A stretch of 61,621 nucleotides of DNA from Anaerolineales bacterium UBA1429 (GTDB taxonomy: Bacteria > Chloroflexota > Anaerolineae > UBA1429). The stretch lies in the NCBI GenBank assembly GCA_002329325.1, contig DCTX01000026.1:183917-245537 (forward strand). Direction: 5' to 3'. The notes under the pieces were generated by a model that was given only the letters and a program-made list of their open reading frames with translations, made no database searches and was not told the origin of the DNA. Below, piece after piece: positions 36,401 through 44,796 of this stretch (position 1 is its first letter; every line of letters starts with the position of its first letter). The position numbers and the translations under genes are program-made.

Positions 36401-37044
36401 GCCTGCGGCCCTATGGCGAGGCGGGCAGCCTGGCCGTCTCGCTGGAGTCGTTCCGGCGCTACTTTGGGCCCGGGGGGGCCGCCTGGCCCTACGAGCGTCA
36501 GGCCCTGGTGCGCCTGCGGCCCATCGCCGGCGATGAGGAACTGGCCCGCCAGGCCCTGAGCTTGCGAGACGCCTTTGTCTACGACGCGGCGCCCGCCGAC
36601 ATGACGGCCATCCAGGCCATGCGAGAGCGCCAGCTACGTCACCTGGTGGCCGGCGGCGCCCTCAACGCCAAGTTCAGCCGCGGCGGCCTGGTGGATATCG
36701 AGTACCTCGTGCAGGCGCTGCAGATGCGCTACGGCCGCCAACATCCCGCCGTGCGCTCCCCCAACACCCAGCAGGCCATGGCGGCCCTGGCCGAAGTGGG
36801 CGCCCTGGCGCCGGCCGACTATGACCGCCTCCGCGAGGCCCACATCCTGATCCGCCATGTGATCGACGCCCTGCGCATGGTGCGCGGCAACGCCCGCGAT
36901 CTGACCGTGCCCCTGCAGGATCCGGACGAGCTGGCCTTCCTGGCGCGGCGCTGCGGCTATGGCAGCGACACGGCCCGCTTTCGGCGCGAACTGCAGGCCC
37001 ACATGGCCCATGTGCAAGAGCTGGTGAGCCGCCAGCGCCTCTAG
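33469..37044 (+). CDS. glnE: Glutamine synthetase adenylyltransferase/adenylyl-removing enzyme with a central ACT-domain pair
   Basis: Track ORF 32866..37044 trimmed to the ATG at 33469 (1191 aa). It has two GlnE nucleotidyltransferase halves (LALGKLGGGELNYSSDIDLLF...YRVDMRLRPWG and LALGKLGGREIGYASDIELMF...FEVDLRLRPYG). Between them lie two ACT-like segments (WRVTIVGYDYPGELSVICGLL... and YTVLYISAPDTLGFLYEFTNAL...). Confidence 0.85.
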   Translation: MPTHTQPDLRLDAIAFADPASARRCLERLQADARTAGLLARHSGDLAYALSHSASPDRAILALERLLTGADGAQAIIETLTRGAQTLRSLLAIMGASQLLAELLIRDPALTLRLDDLAALSRPKEAEELAAALQALLDETPPDQQLDVLRDWQQHELFRIGSCDLLGLLDQATVTAQLSRLADVLIAAALTVAAQRTAGAPENLCVLALGKLGGGELNYSSDIDLLFLAAGDVAQAIPLGEALIHALAARTARGFLYRVDMRLRPWGRTGPLVMTAEGYRDYMRHSARLWERQALLKARPVAGNLALGLRVLEELSPLIYDVQPEQVRADVRESKQRIEDDLLRRGRQWGEVKRGIGSLRDIEFVAQMLQLTHGGAHPEIRTPNTLDALARLANAGLLSSEDDRVLAEGYRFLRPVEHYLQLMHGRQTHKLPADRAELAYLGRRLGFGGDDPGDELIAHYEQHAAAIRAVYERHVLGQVADAGASSTERAAEVARHVQRMAPSYAETFSPQEVARHADLAERLGPDNLVEVDALPLGSDTWRVTIVGYDYPGELSVICGLLTAYGCDIREGDVFSYEPAAGDAAGGPRKIVDVFSVHRSASQPGDWEDYGRDLARLLSGLASGERRAVRSDLARLVAGAVREANVAPSLAPIVVELDNDSSPRYTVLYISAPDTLGFLYEFTNALAVLGYDVGRMTVDSSGARAHDTLYLTDRYGRKVTDPERQRELRAATVLVKHFTHLLPHAPDPGRAITHFQGFVAQLLSRADWPSELASLTRPRVLGALARLLGVSDFLWTDLLRLQHENLFPIIRDVEALAEPKPVGQLRAELEAELQPLADDGARAEALNAFKDREIFRADMRHILGYLESFGAFSGELSDVAEVVVEGAYALCRSALEARHGAPRLLDGAPAPMAVLALGKLGGREIGYASDIELMFLYAGDGETAGPEAISVALFYEELVRRFLQVIRARREGIFEVDLRLRPYGEAGSLAVSLESFRRYFGPGGAAWPYERQALVRLRPIAGDEELARQALSLRDAFVYDAAPADMTAIQAMRERQLRHLVAGGALNAKFSRGGLVDIEYLVQALQMRYGRQHPAVRSPNTQQAMAALAEVGALAPADYDRLREAHILIRHVIDALRMVRGNARDLTVPLQDPDELAFLARRCGYGSDTARFRRELQAHMAHVQELVSRQRL

Positions 37045-37054
37045 GCCCCCGCGC

Positions 37055-38557
37055 TCACTCGTACAGGACCGCCCACCGCAGCGTGGCGTAGCGCTCCACC
37101 AGGGCGGCCGCATCCATCTGGGGCGCGCTCACGCGCCAGAGGATGATATAGGGCGACGCCTCTTCTTCCATCAACCAGCGGCCCGTTGGCCCCTCGATGG
37201 CGGCGAAGTCCTGGCTCAGATGCCAGGTCAGCTCATCGCGATCGATGCGCAGATCGCTGACCACCAGCGCCTGCTGGAAGGGCGGGATGCCCCACAGCCG
37301 ATACTGGGCGCCCAGGCCATAGACGGGCACGTCCATGTAGTAGGCCATCTGGGCCGCCAGGCCATCCTGCAGCACGAGCCAGGGGCCCTGCTCAAAGGTG
37401 GGCAGGTGGTGGCGCCAGGTGGCGGTGCGCACCCGGGGGAACGAGACCCAGGGCGCCGTCTCCTGGCAGATCGCCTCCGAGGCGGCGCGATAGAGCACGC
37501 CGCTCCCCGGGACCATCGTCTGGGTGATGGCATCCTGGGTCGCCAGGCCCAGCAGCGCCAGGATCAGCGTAGGCACCATAAAGCGCAGGGGGAACCACTC
37601 CCGCTGGCGCGGCAGCCGCCGGTCGGCCCAGCGGTGCAGCAGGTCGCCGCAAGCGACCAGCAGCAGGCCCAGGCCGCACGCCAACGGGCCTGTGGCGTCG
37701 CCCGGCCAGAAAAGCGCCGCCAGGATCAACGTCAGCCCCGGCACCAACAGGGCTCGGTTGCGCGGCTGGGCAGCCCCCGCCAGGCCCAGCACCGCCACCA
37801 GCGCCACGGGCATCCCCATCCAATCCACCAGAGCCGACAGGCGTGAGGGTATCTCGGGGCGGCTGCCCCACAGCGCCGCCATCTGCTGCCAACCCACGTC
37901 GCCGTGGGCTCGATTCCACAGCACCCACGGCGTCGCCCCAGCCAGGGCGATCAGGAGATAGACCCAGAAGGGGCCCTGACGCAGCCGTTTGGGGCGGGTG
38001 ACCGCCAGCGAGAGGGCCAGGGCGGGGAGCAGCAGCCAGGCCACCTGCCCCGTCTGAAAGAGGAGCGCGCCCATGAGCCCGGCCGCCAGGACGCGGCCCA
38101 CCGGCGGGGCGTGCTCGGCGGTCCACAGGGGCGCCAGCAGCCAGAGGGTCAGCAGCATCAGGGTCAGTTGGGGCACAGCCGCGGAAACGTGGCGCGAGGC
38201 CAGCGCAAAGGGCGTGCCGACGGCCAGCAGCCCGGCGGCCAGGAGCCCCGCTGGCCCCGAGAAGAAGGCCAGCCCCACGAGATAGGCTGCCGCCACGGCC
38301 AGCGCGCCCACAGCCGCGTGAGCGGCGCGGATGGCCTCCTCGCTGGGCGGGCCGCCCCACGCCTGCAGCCCCAGGCGCAGCAGCAGGGCGCCGCCGCCGG
38401 GCCCATCCACATAGGCGACATCGGGATGCTGCGCCTGCTGCCAGGCATAGGCCTCAGCGCCGGTGAGGGGCAGCACGCCCAGATAGGCGTAGCGCAGGAT
38501 CAGGGCCAGACCGATGATGAGCAGCAGAGGGCAGAGATCGCGTTTGAGCACTGCCAC
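37055..38557 (-). CDS. GT-C fold membrane glycosyltransferase (ArnT/PMT, GT39/83-like)
   Basis: Polytopic ORF 37055..38650. The likely start is the GTG at 38557, 8 nt after GGGGAGG. An N-terminal loop reads LTGAEAYAWQQAQHPDVAYVDGPGG. Confidence 0.65.
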   Translation of the reverse strand: MAVLKRDLCPLLLIIGLALILRYAYLGVLPLTGAEAYAWQQAQHPDVAYVDGPGGGALLLRLGLQAWGGPPSEEAIRAAHAAVGALAVAAAYLVGLAFFSGPAGLLAAGLLAVGTPFALASRHVSAAVPQLTLMLLTLWLLAPLWTAEHAPPVGRVLAAGLMGALLFQTGQVAWLLLPALALSLAVTRPKRLRQGPFWVYLLIALAGATPWVLWNRAHGDVGWQQMAALWGSRPEIPSRLSALVDWMGMPVALVAVLGLAGAAQPRNRALLVPGLTLILAALFWPGDATGPLACGLGLLLVACGDLLHRWADRRLPRQREWFPLRFMVPTLILALLGLATQDAITQTMVPGSGVLYRAASEAICQETAPWVSFPRVRTATWRHHLPTFEQGPWLVLQDGLAAQMAYYMDVPVYGLGAQYRLWGIPPFQQALVVSDLRIDRDELTWHLSQDFAAIEGPTGRWLMEEEASPYIILWRVSAPQMDAAALVERYATLRWAVLYE

Positions 38558-38731
38558 CGGGTTCACCTCCCCAGGAGAGAGCAGAGGATGGCTCGGCCGG
38601 AAAGAGGCCAACTTTGCCGCGATTCTACCCGACGGGCTGCGGGGCCGCAACCCGACCTGGCGCCGGCAGGATCGCGCCGCGCGGCCGCCCCGAATCGCCC
38701 CGCCGCGGCCCTACGATTGCCTCGCTTGCGT

Positions 38732-38760
38732 TTGACGGCCCTGAGGGACGGGGCTAGAAT
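38732..38760 (+). promoter_or_regulatory. Strong sigma70-type promoter of the MgtE-N/NRAMP-like operon
   Basis: TTGACG (38732-38737), a 17-nt spacer, then TAGAAT (38755-38760). Confidence 0.6.
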
Positions 38761-38792
38761 ATCCTCGCGCTGGAAGGAATGCGCAACGATAC

Positions 38793-38876
38793 ATGATGGA
38801 AACAATGAACGCCGAAACTGCCGACAACCAACCCAACGACCCAGATGACGCGTGCTTGAGGAGCGATTGCGCATGA
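38793..38876 (+). CDS. Candidate 27-codon leader peptide (uORF) in the operon leader
   Basis: An ATGATG start opens MMETMNAETADNQPNDPDDACLRSDCA, ending at TGA 38874-38876. GGAAGGA lies 14 nt upstream. The ORF is below the track's size cut-off and translation is unproven. Confidence 0.25.
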   Translation: MMETMNAETADNQPNDPDDACLRSDCA

Positions 38877-38913
38877 GGTAATTGCCTGGCGCATGGCTTG
38901 CACGTGTCAGAGG

Positions 38914-38940
38914 GCCGCGGCTGCAGCCGCGGTTTTTGTG
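38914..38940 (+). terminator. Intrinsic terminator inside the 5' leader (attenuator-type)
   Basis: ccgcggc (38915-38921), loop tgca, gccgcgg (38926-38932), followed by TTTTTGTGT. It lies 44 nt upstream of the ATG at 38984. Confidence 0.65.
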
Positions 38941-38983
38941 TACCGAGACGGAACTCTCAGCACGAGCTCGCAGGAGGCAAGCC

Positions 38984-40243
38984 ATGGCCACCTACCTCAG
39001 CCAACTCATCGACCGCCCGGTGTGGAATGCCCAAGCGCTGCGCCTCGGCAAGTGCCAGGATGTGCTCGTCGTCGAGACCGATCAGGGCCCACCCATTCTG
39101 CGCGCCCTCCAGGTGCTGCGCGATGACGGCGTTGAGGTACACTTCCCCGCCTCCCAGGTCTCCACCCTGAGCCCGGCCATCATCCTGACAGTGGTCACCC
39201 CCAACGAGTATGAGCCTAGAGGCGACGAGCTTTGCCTGCGTCGCCAGGTGCTGGATCGCCAGATCGTGGACGTGGAAGGCCATCGCCTGGTGCGGGTGAA
39301 CGACCTGCAGCTCGCCAAGTCGACCCAGAACGGCCGCTACTACCTGATGGGCGTATCCATCGGCACCAGCAGCCTGCTGCGCCGCCTGGGCATCGAGGAG
39401 CTGGGGCGGCGGGTGATGCTGGCGTTGGGCAGGCCCCTGCGAGAGCAGGTGATCTCCTGGCAGGATGTGGCCTCGGTCCAGGCCGACGCCCCGATCCGCC
39501 TGCGCGTCACCCAGGACAAGATCAGCCAGCTCAACCCCGTGGATGTCGCCGATATCATCAGCGACCTGGACCGCTCCTCCAGTGTCACGCTGCTGAACAT
39601 CCTGGATGACGAGACCGCCGCCGACGTCATGTCCGAGATGGAGCCCGAGCTGCAGATGTCGCTGCTGGCCTCGCTGCCTCCCGAGCGCGCCGCCGACGTC
39701 CTGGAGGAGATGGACCCCGACGACGCCGCCGACTTGCTGGCCTCGTTGGAGGAGACCCAGCGCGAGAGCTATCTCGAGCTGATGGAGCACCCCGAGTCGG
39801 TGGAGATGGTCAAGCTGCTGGCCTTCCCCGAGGACACGGCGGGCGGCATCATGACCACCGAGTATACGACGCTGCCCATGGGCTATCGCGTCGGCGATGC
39901 GCTGGCCTACTTGCGACAGTCGCCCCAGGCCCAGGAGGACGAGACCCTCTACTACCTCCACGTGGTGGATGAGCAGAATCGGCTCAAGGGCGTGCTCGCC
40001 CTGCGAGACCTGGTGATGGCCGAGCCCGACACCCTGGTGGACGAGATCATGGAGCAGACTGTGATCACTGCCGAGCCGCTGATGCCCCAGCAGGAGGTGG
40101 CCCGCATCGTGGCGCGCTACAACCTGCTCGAGGTGCCCGTCGTCGATTCCGAGGGCGTGATCCAGGGCATCGTCACCGTGGATGACGCCATCGACGCCGT
40201 GATCCCCACAGCGTGGAAGAAACGGCTGCCCCGCTTTTACTGA
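38984..40243 (+). CDS. Soluble PRC-barrel + MgtE-N + CBS-pair protein (MgtE cytoplasmic module without the transmembrane domain)
   Basis: ATG at 38984 after CAGGAGG. Motifs: LNPVDVADIISDLD, ERAADVLEEMDPDDAADLL and CBS pairs (IMTTEYTTLP..., VARIVARYNLLEVPVVD). The ORF stops right after the CBS pair. Confidence 0.85.
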   Translation: MATYLSQLIDRPVWNAQALRLGKCQDVLVVETDQGPPILRALQVLRDDGVEVHFPASQVSTLSPAIILTVVTPNEYEPRGDELCLRRQVLDRQIVDVEGHRLVRVNDLQLAKSTQNGRYYLMGVSIGTSSLLRRLGIEELGRRVMLALGRPLREQVISWQDVASVQADAPIRLRVTQDKISQLNPVDVADIISDLDRSSSVTLLNILDDETAADVMSEMEPELQMSLLASLPPERAADVLEEMDPDDAADLLASLEETQRESYLELMEHPESVEMVKLLAFPEDTAGGIMTTEYTTLPMGYRVGDALAYLRQSPQAQEDETLYYLHVVDEQNRLKGVLALRDLVMAEPDTLVDEIMEQTVITAEPLMPQQEVARIVARYNLLEVPVVDSEGVIQGIVTVDDAIDAVIPTAWKKRLPRFY

Positions 40244-40281
40244 GCAGACCGGTCTCACGCACGCTTGAGGAGGTAGGCAGC

Positions 40282-41532
40282 ATGACGTTTCTGCAGCGCG
40301 CCCGGGGCCGGCTCCAGCGCATACTCTTTTTCCTGGCGATCCTGGGGCCCGGCCTGATCACCGCCAGCGCCGACAACGATGCCCCGGGCATCGCCACCTA
40401 TTCGGTGGCCGGCTCCCACTTTGGCTACACCTTCCTGTGGATCATCGTCTGGATCACCCTGGGCGAGATCGTCGTCCAGGAGATGGCGGCCCGCATGGGC
40501 GCCGTCACGGGCAAGGGCCTCACCGACCTGATCCGCGAGCGCTTTGGGTTGCGCCTGACCCTGTTCATCATGGTGGCCCTCTGCATCGCCAACCTGGGCA
40601 CCACGGCGGCCCAGTTCGCCGGGGTGGCCTCCAGCAGCGAGCTGTTCGGCGTCAGCCGCTACCTGGCCGTGCCCCTATCGGGCGTCGCCGTCTGGCTCCT
40701 GGTCACCCGCGGCTCCTACCGGCGGGTGGAAAAGGTCTTGCTCGTCCTCTCCCTCTATGCCGTGGCCTATGTCGTGTCAGCCTTTATGATCAAGCCCCCT
40801 TGGGGCGAGATCGCGCGCCAGGCCTTGATCCCCAGCCTCCGCCTGGAGCCCCAGTACATCCTGACGGTGCTCGCCACGGTGGGCACCACCATCACGCCCT
40901 GGGCGGCGGTCTACATGCAGGCCTCGGTGGCCGACAAGGGCGTCACCATGCGCGACTACAAGCACGCGCGCGTAGACGTGATTTTTGGCGCGGCGGCGGG
41001 CAACGTCGTCTCCGCCTTTATCATCATCTGCACGGCGGCCACCCTCTTTGCCCACGGCATCCGCGTGGAATCGGCAGAGGAGGCCGCCCTGGCCCTGGCG
41101 CCCGCTGTGGGCCCCTGGGCCGAGACCCTCTTCGGCATCGGCCTGCTGGGGGCCTCCCTGTTGGCCGCCTCGGTGCTGCCCCTGGCCACCACCTATGCCG
41201 TCTGCGAGGTCTTTGGCTGGGAGCGCGGGCTGGACCGCTCGCCCGACGAGGCGCCCGTCTTTTACGGGCTCTACACCACCCTGATCGTGTTGAGCGTCCT
41301 GATCGTCCTGATCCCCGGGCTGCCGCTCTTCCCGCTCATGTGGCTCTCGCAGGTGGCCAATGCCGTCCTGCTGCCCCTGGTGCTGGTGCTGATGCTCAAG
41401 CTGATCAACGACAAGCTGATCATGAAGAGCTGGGTCAACAAGCGCGTCACCAACGTGGTGGTCACGGTGTTGGCGGTGTTGGTGAGCGCAGCGACGCTGG
41501 CACTGCTGGTGAGCGGGGGCAACACGGGGTAG
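40282..41532 (+). CDS. NRAMP/SLC11-family permease with a non-canonical metal site
   Basis: ATG at 40282 after GAGGAGG. GPGLITASADNDAPGIATYSVAGSHFGYTFLW aligns with MntH [32 protein letters not shown], so DPGN becomes DAPG. TM6 reads TTITPW instead of A-x-x-MPH. Confidence 0.85.
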   Translation: MTFLQRARGRLQRILFFLAILGPGLITASADNDAPGIATYSVAGSHFGYTFLWIIVWITLGEIVVQEMAARMGAVTGKGLTDLIRERFGLRLTLFIMVALCIANLGTTAAQFAGVASSSELFGVSRYLAVPLSGVAVWLLVTRGSYRRVEKVLLVLSLYAVAYVVSAFMIKPPWGEIARQALIPSLRLEPQYILTVLATVGTTITPWAAVYMQASVADKGVTMRDYKHARVDVIFGAAAGNVVSAFIIICTAATLFAHGIRVESAEEAALALAPAVGPWAETLFGIGLLGASLLAASVLPLATTYAVCEVFGWERGLDRSPDEAPVFYGLYTTLIVLSVLIVLIPGLPLFPLMWLSQVANAVLLPLVLVLMLKLINDKLIMKSWVNKRVTNVVVTVLAVLVSAATLALLVSGGNTG

Positions 41533-41589
41533 CGTCGCCGCGGGCGCCGGGTGGGACGAGCTGCCCTTTGTCTAGCTCCAGGAGGTTAT

Positions 41590-42777
41590 GTGAGCGAGAT
41601 CACGGTGCGCCAGGTCTACGGCGAAGAGATGCTGCGGGCGATGTACTGGATGCACGCCTATGCCTTTAGCTCTTCGCCGCCCCTGCGGGATCGGGCCGAG
41701 CGAGAGGAGGCGCTGCTGCGTCGCCAGGGCGCTACCCACATGGCCGCCTATGATGGCGATGAGCTGGTGGCCTGCGGGGCCAGCCGCCCGCTGATTCAGC
41801 AGGTGCGCGGCGCCCTCTACCCCATGGCCGGCTTGATGGACGTGACCACGCACCCGGCCACGCGCCGTCGAGGCTATGCCCGCAAGCTGCTCGGCGCCCT
41901 CCTGGAGGCCGTGCGGGAGGGAGGCGCCGCCTGCTCCGGATTGTACCCCTTCCGCGAGTCCTTTTACGAGCGGCTGGGTTATGTCACCTTGCCGCAGGTT
42001 CGGCGGGTTCGCTTCGATCCCGCGGCGCTGCAGCCCCTGCTCCGGTGGGATCTGGGCGGCCAGGTGCGCCTGTTGCCCATCGAGGAGGGCTATGAGGACT
42101 ATTTGGCGTTTCTGCAGGAGCACCGCGCCCGCACCCACGGCATGGCCATGTTCCAGCATGACGACCGCTACGAGGCGCAGCGCGGCTATCAGTGGGTCGC
42201 CCTGGCCACGGTGGGCCAGCGAGTGGAGGGCGTCATGCTCTACAACCTGCGGGGCGAGCAGATCACCCGCTATGCCCTGCGCGCCTTTCGCTTCTACCAT
42301 GCCTCCCCGGCGGGGCGCTACCTGCTGCTGGAGTGGATCGCCCGCCACATCGACCAGGCGGATCGCGCCGAGCTGACCCTGCCCGCCTATGAGCGCCCCG
42401 AGACCTGGCTGGCAGACCTGCGGCTGCAGAGCGAGACGGCCAGCCACATCACGCCCATGGCGCGGGTACTGGACGTGGCCCGCATAGCCGGCTTGCAGAC
42501 GGGCCCCGGCGCCGTGGCCGTGCGCCTCTCCGACCCCGCCTGCCCCTGGAACGAAGGCATCTGGCGGCTGGCGAGCGTGGGCGGCCGCCTGGAGGTCGCC
42601 CACGCGGGCGAGGCCCAGGGCGCCCTGACCATCCAGGGCCTTACCGCCCTGGTATACGGCACCCATGACCCGGCGGAGTTCGGGCTGCGCGGCTGGGGCG
42701 CCCTGGACGCGGCCACGGTGGAGACGCTGCGGGCCATGTTCCCGCCGCGCTGCCCCCACCTGCACGAGATGTTCTAG
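41590..42777 (+). CDS. Eis-like GNAT acetyltransferase with a C-terminal SCP2-like region
   Basis: GTG at 41590 after GGAGG. Motifs: MDVTTHPATRRRGYARKLL and YPFRESFYERLGY. The ~395 aa length is typical of Eis-type enzymes. Confidence 0.75.
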   Translation: MSEITVRQVYGEEMLRAMYWMHAYAFSSSPPLRDRAEREEALLRRQGATHMAAYDGDELVACGASRPLIQQVRGALYPMAGLMDVTTHPATRRRGYARKLLGALLEAVREGGAACSGLYPFRESFYERLGYVTLPQVRRVRFDPAALQPLLRWDLGGQVRLLPIEEGYEDYLAFLQEHRARTHGMAMFQHDDRYEAQRGYQWVALATVGQRVEGVMLYNLRGEQITRYALRAFRFYHASPAGRYLLLEWIARHIDQADRAELTLPAYERPETWLADLRLQSETASHITPMARVLDVARIAGLQTGPGAVAVRLSDPACPWNEGIWRLASVGGRLEVAHAGEAQGALTIQGLTALVYGTHDPAEFGLRGWGALDAATVETLRAMFPPRCPHLHEMF

Positions 42778-42953
42778 GCGGGCAAGGGGCGCCAGGAGCG
42801 GGATTCGTCAGGCGTGGGCTCTTGGTGTATCCTTGGGGACACGACGCGTGTCCTACTCAATGAACGTGCGTCCTCCTGGCGCAAGCGCGGCGCCGCAAAA
42901 CAGATGATCCTGCGCCCAGGGCCGCTGCTCTGGCGCGATTCCGAGGTGCGAGT

Positions 42954-44150
42954 GTGGCAACGGACGACATTATCGAGGTCGCTCAGGCTTCGCAACTGGG
43001 CGGCGCCCAGAGCGTAGGCCTGGTCCACCCCCAGAGCTGGACGTTTGACGATCCGCCCCTGGAGCTGGATTGCGGGCGGACCCTCTCGCCTATCACCCAG
43101 GTCTACGAGACCTATGGCGAGCTGAGCCCCCAGCGCGACAACGCCATTTTGATCTTTCACGCCCTCTCGGGCGATGCCCATGTGGCCGGGTATCATACCC
43201 GCGAGGACCGGCGCCCCGGCTGGTGGGACACCATGGTGGGCCCGGGCAAGGCGTTCGACACGACCAAGTATTTCGTCATCTGCGCCAATGTCATCGGCGG
43301 CTGCCGAGGCAGCACCGGCCCCTCCAGCATCAACCCGGCCACCGGACGCCCCTATGGCCCCGATTTCCCCATGCTTACCCTCAGCGACATGGTGCGCGCC
43401 CAGGAGCGCCTGGTGACGCACATGGGCATCGAGAAGCTCCTGGCCGTGGCCGGGGGCAGCATGGGCGGCATGATGGCCCTGGATTGGGCCGTGCGCTTTC
43501 CGGAGCGGGTGGCCTCCGTGCTGGCCATCGCCACCACCGCGCGCATCACCGCCCAGAGCATCGCCTTTAACGAGGTGGGCCGCCAGGCGATCATGGCCGA
43601 CCCCCACTGGAACGAGGGCGACTATTACGACGGGCAGTCGCCGGAGAGCGGGCTGGCCGTGGCTCGCATGATCGGCCATATCACCTACCTCTCTGACGAG
43701 CAGATGCACCGCAAGTTCGGCCGCCGCCTGCAGGATCGTGAGACCCTGGGCTATGATTTCGGCACCGAGTTCCAGGTCGAGAGCTACCTGCGGTACCAGG
43801 GCAACTCGTTCGTGCGGCGCTTTGATGCCAACAGCTACCTCTATATCACCAAGGCGATCGACTACTTTGATCTGGCCAACGGCCACCGCTCCCTGGTCGA
43901 GTCGCTGGAGCGGGCGCGGGCCGAGTTCCTGGTGGTCTCCTTCACCAGCGACTGGCTGTTCCCCTCCGAGCAGGCCAAGGAGCTGGTGCGAGCCCTGCAG
44001 GCCAACGGCCTGGTGACCACCTTCCTGGAGATCAGCAGCAACTATGGGCATGACGCCTTTTTGCTGCCCAACGACGAGCTTTCTGCAGCGGTGAGCGGGT
44101 TCCTGAGCCATGTGCAGCGCCGCCCGCGCCAGAACGGGAACACGCCATGA
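42954..44150 (+). CDS. metX: Homoserine O-acetyltransferase
   Basis: GTG at 42954 after GAGGTG. Motifs: NAILIFHALSGDAHVAG, GWWDTMVGPGKAFDT and VAGGSMGGMMALDW. Confidence 0.9.
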   Translation: MATDDIIEVAQASQLGGAQSVGLVHPQSWTFDDPPLELDCGRTLSPITQVYETYGELSPQRDNAILIFHALSGDAHVAGYHTREDRRPGWWDTMVGPGKAFDTTKYFVICANVIGGCRGSTGPSSINPATGRPYGPDFPMLTLSDMVRAQERLVTHMGIEKLLAVAGGSMGGMMALDWAVRFPERVASVLAIATTARITAQSIAFNEVGRQAIMADPHWNEGDYYDGQSPESGLAVARMIGHITYLSDEQMHRKFGRRLQDRETLGYDFGTEFQVESYLRYQGNSFVRRFDANSYLYITKAIDYFDLANGHRSLVESLERARAEFLVVSFTSDWLFPSEQAKELVRALQANGLVTTFLEISSNYGHDAFLLPNDELSAAVSGFLSHVQRRPRQNGNTP

Positions 44151-44773
44151 GCTGGACGAGCGAGCCCCGCGAGACCAAGCGCCGCCTGGATTACGAGTTG
44201 ATCAGTGAGCTGGTGCCCCACGGCTCGCGCGTGCTGGATCTGGGCTGTGGCGATGGCCAGCTCTTGGCCGACCTGATGGCCAACAGGGCTTGCGACGTGC
44301 GGGGCATCGAGATCGACGAAACGCACGTGCGCAACTGCATCCAGCGCGGGCTGCCCGTCTACCACGGTGACATGCTGGAGGGCTTGCAGCACTATCGCAA
44401 CGGGTCCTTTGACCTGGTGATCCTCAGCCAGACGCTGCAGCAGGCCGCCGACCCGGTGCGGGTGATCCACGCCATGCTGCGGGTAGGCGAGCGCGCCATC
44501 ATCAGCTTTCCCAATTTCGGCTGGTGGAAGACACGGCTGCAGCTCCTGATAACGGGCCGCATGCCCCGCCACCGCCTGCTCCCCTATGAATGGCACAACA
44601 CGCCCAACGTGCACCTGTGCACCGTCAGGGATTTCCGCATCCTCTGCCGCCAGGAGGGCCTTCAGGTGCTGCACGAGATCTTTGTGGCGCCGCCGGCGCG
44701 GCGGGTGGGGCCTTTCCTGGCCAATTGGCGGGCCGGGCTGGCGATCTTTGAGCTGCGGCAGGAGCGTCGCTAG
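44147..44773 (+). CDS. metW: Methionine biosynthesis protein MetW
   Basis: ATGA start/stop overlap with metX. Motifs: RVLDLGCGDGQLL, LSQTLQ, FPNFGWWK and MPRHRLLPYEWHNTPNVHLCT. Confidence 0.9.
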   Translation: MSWTSEPRETKRRLDYELISELVPHGSRVLDLGCGDGQLLADLMANRACDVRGIEIDETHVRNCIQRGLPVYHGDMLEGLQHYRNGSFDLVILSQTLQQAADPVRVIHAMLRVGERAIISFPNFGWWKTRLQLLITGRMPRHRLLPYEWHNTPNVHLCTVRDFRILCRQEGLQVLHEIFVAPPARRVGPFLANWRAGLAIFELRQERR

Positions 44774-44796
44774 AGTCAGAACCGCGGAGGTGGGGT

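Noticed and set aside
38761-38940. M-box (ykoK) Mg2+ riboswitch or yybP-ykoY Mn2+ riboswitch in the MgtE-N/NRAMP-like leader.
   Set aside because: The conserved blocks recalled from the B. subtilis M-box (GUUAGGUGAGGCUCC, AAUGGGUCAACAG) and from yybP-ykoY (GGGGAGUAG, AGCAAGACC) are absent. The leader is kept as an unclassified leader in the findings.
42778-42953. Possible SAM riboswitch upstream of metX-metW.
   Set aside because: I could not find the SAM-I core (GAGGGA...GGCCC...GCAACC), the SAM-II (AAAGCU context) or SAM-IV signatures by eye. Only a small hairpin (gggacacg-acg-cgtgtcc) is present. A cmscan would be needed to exclude rarer classes.
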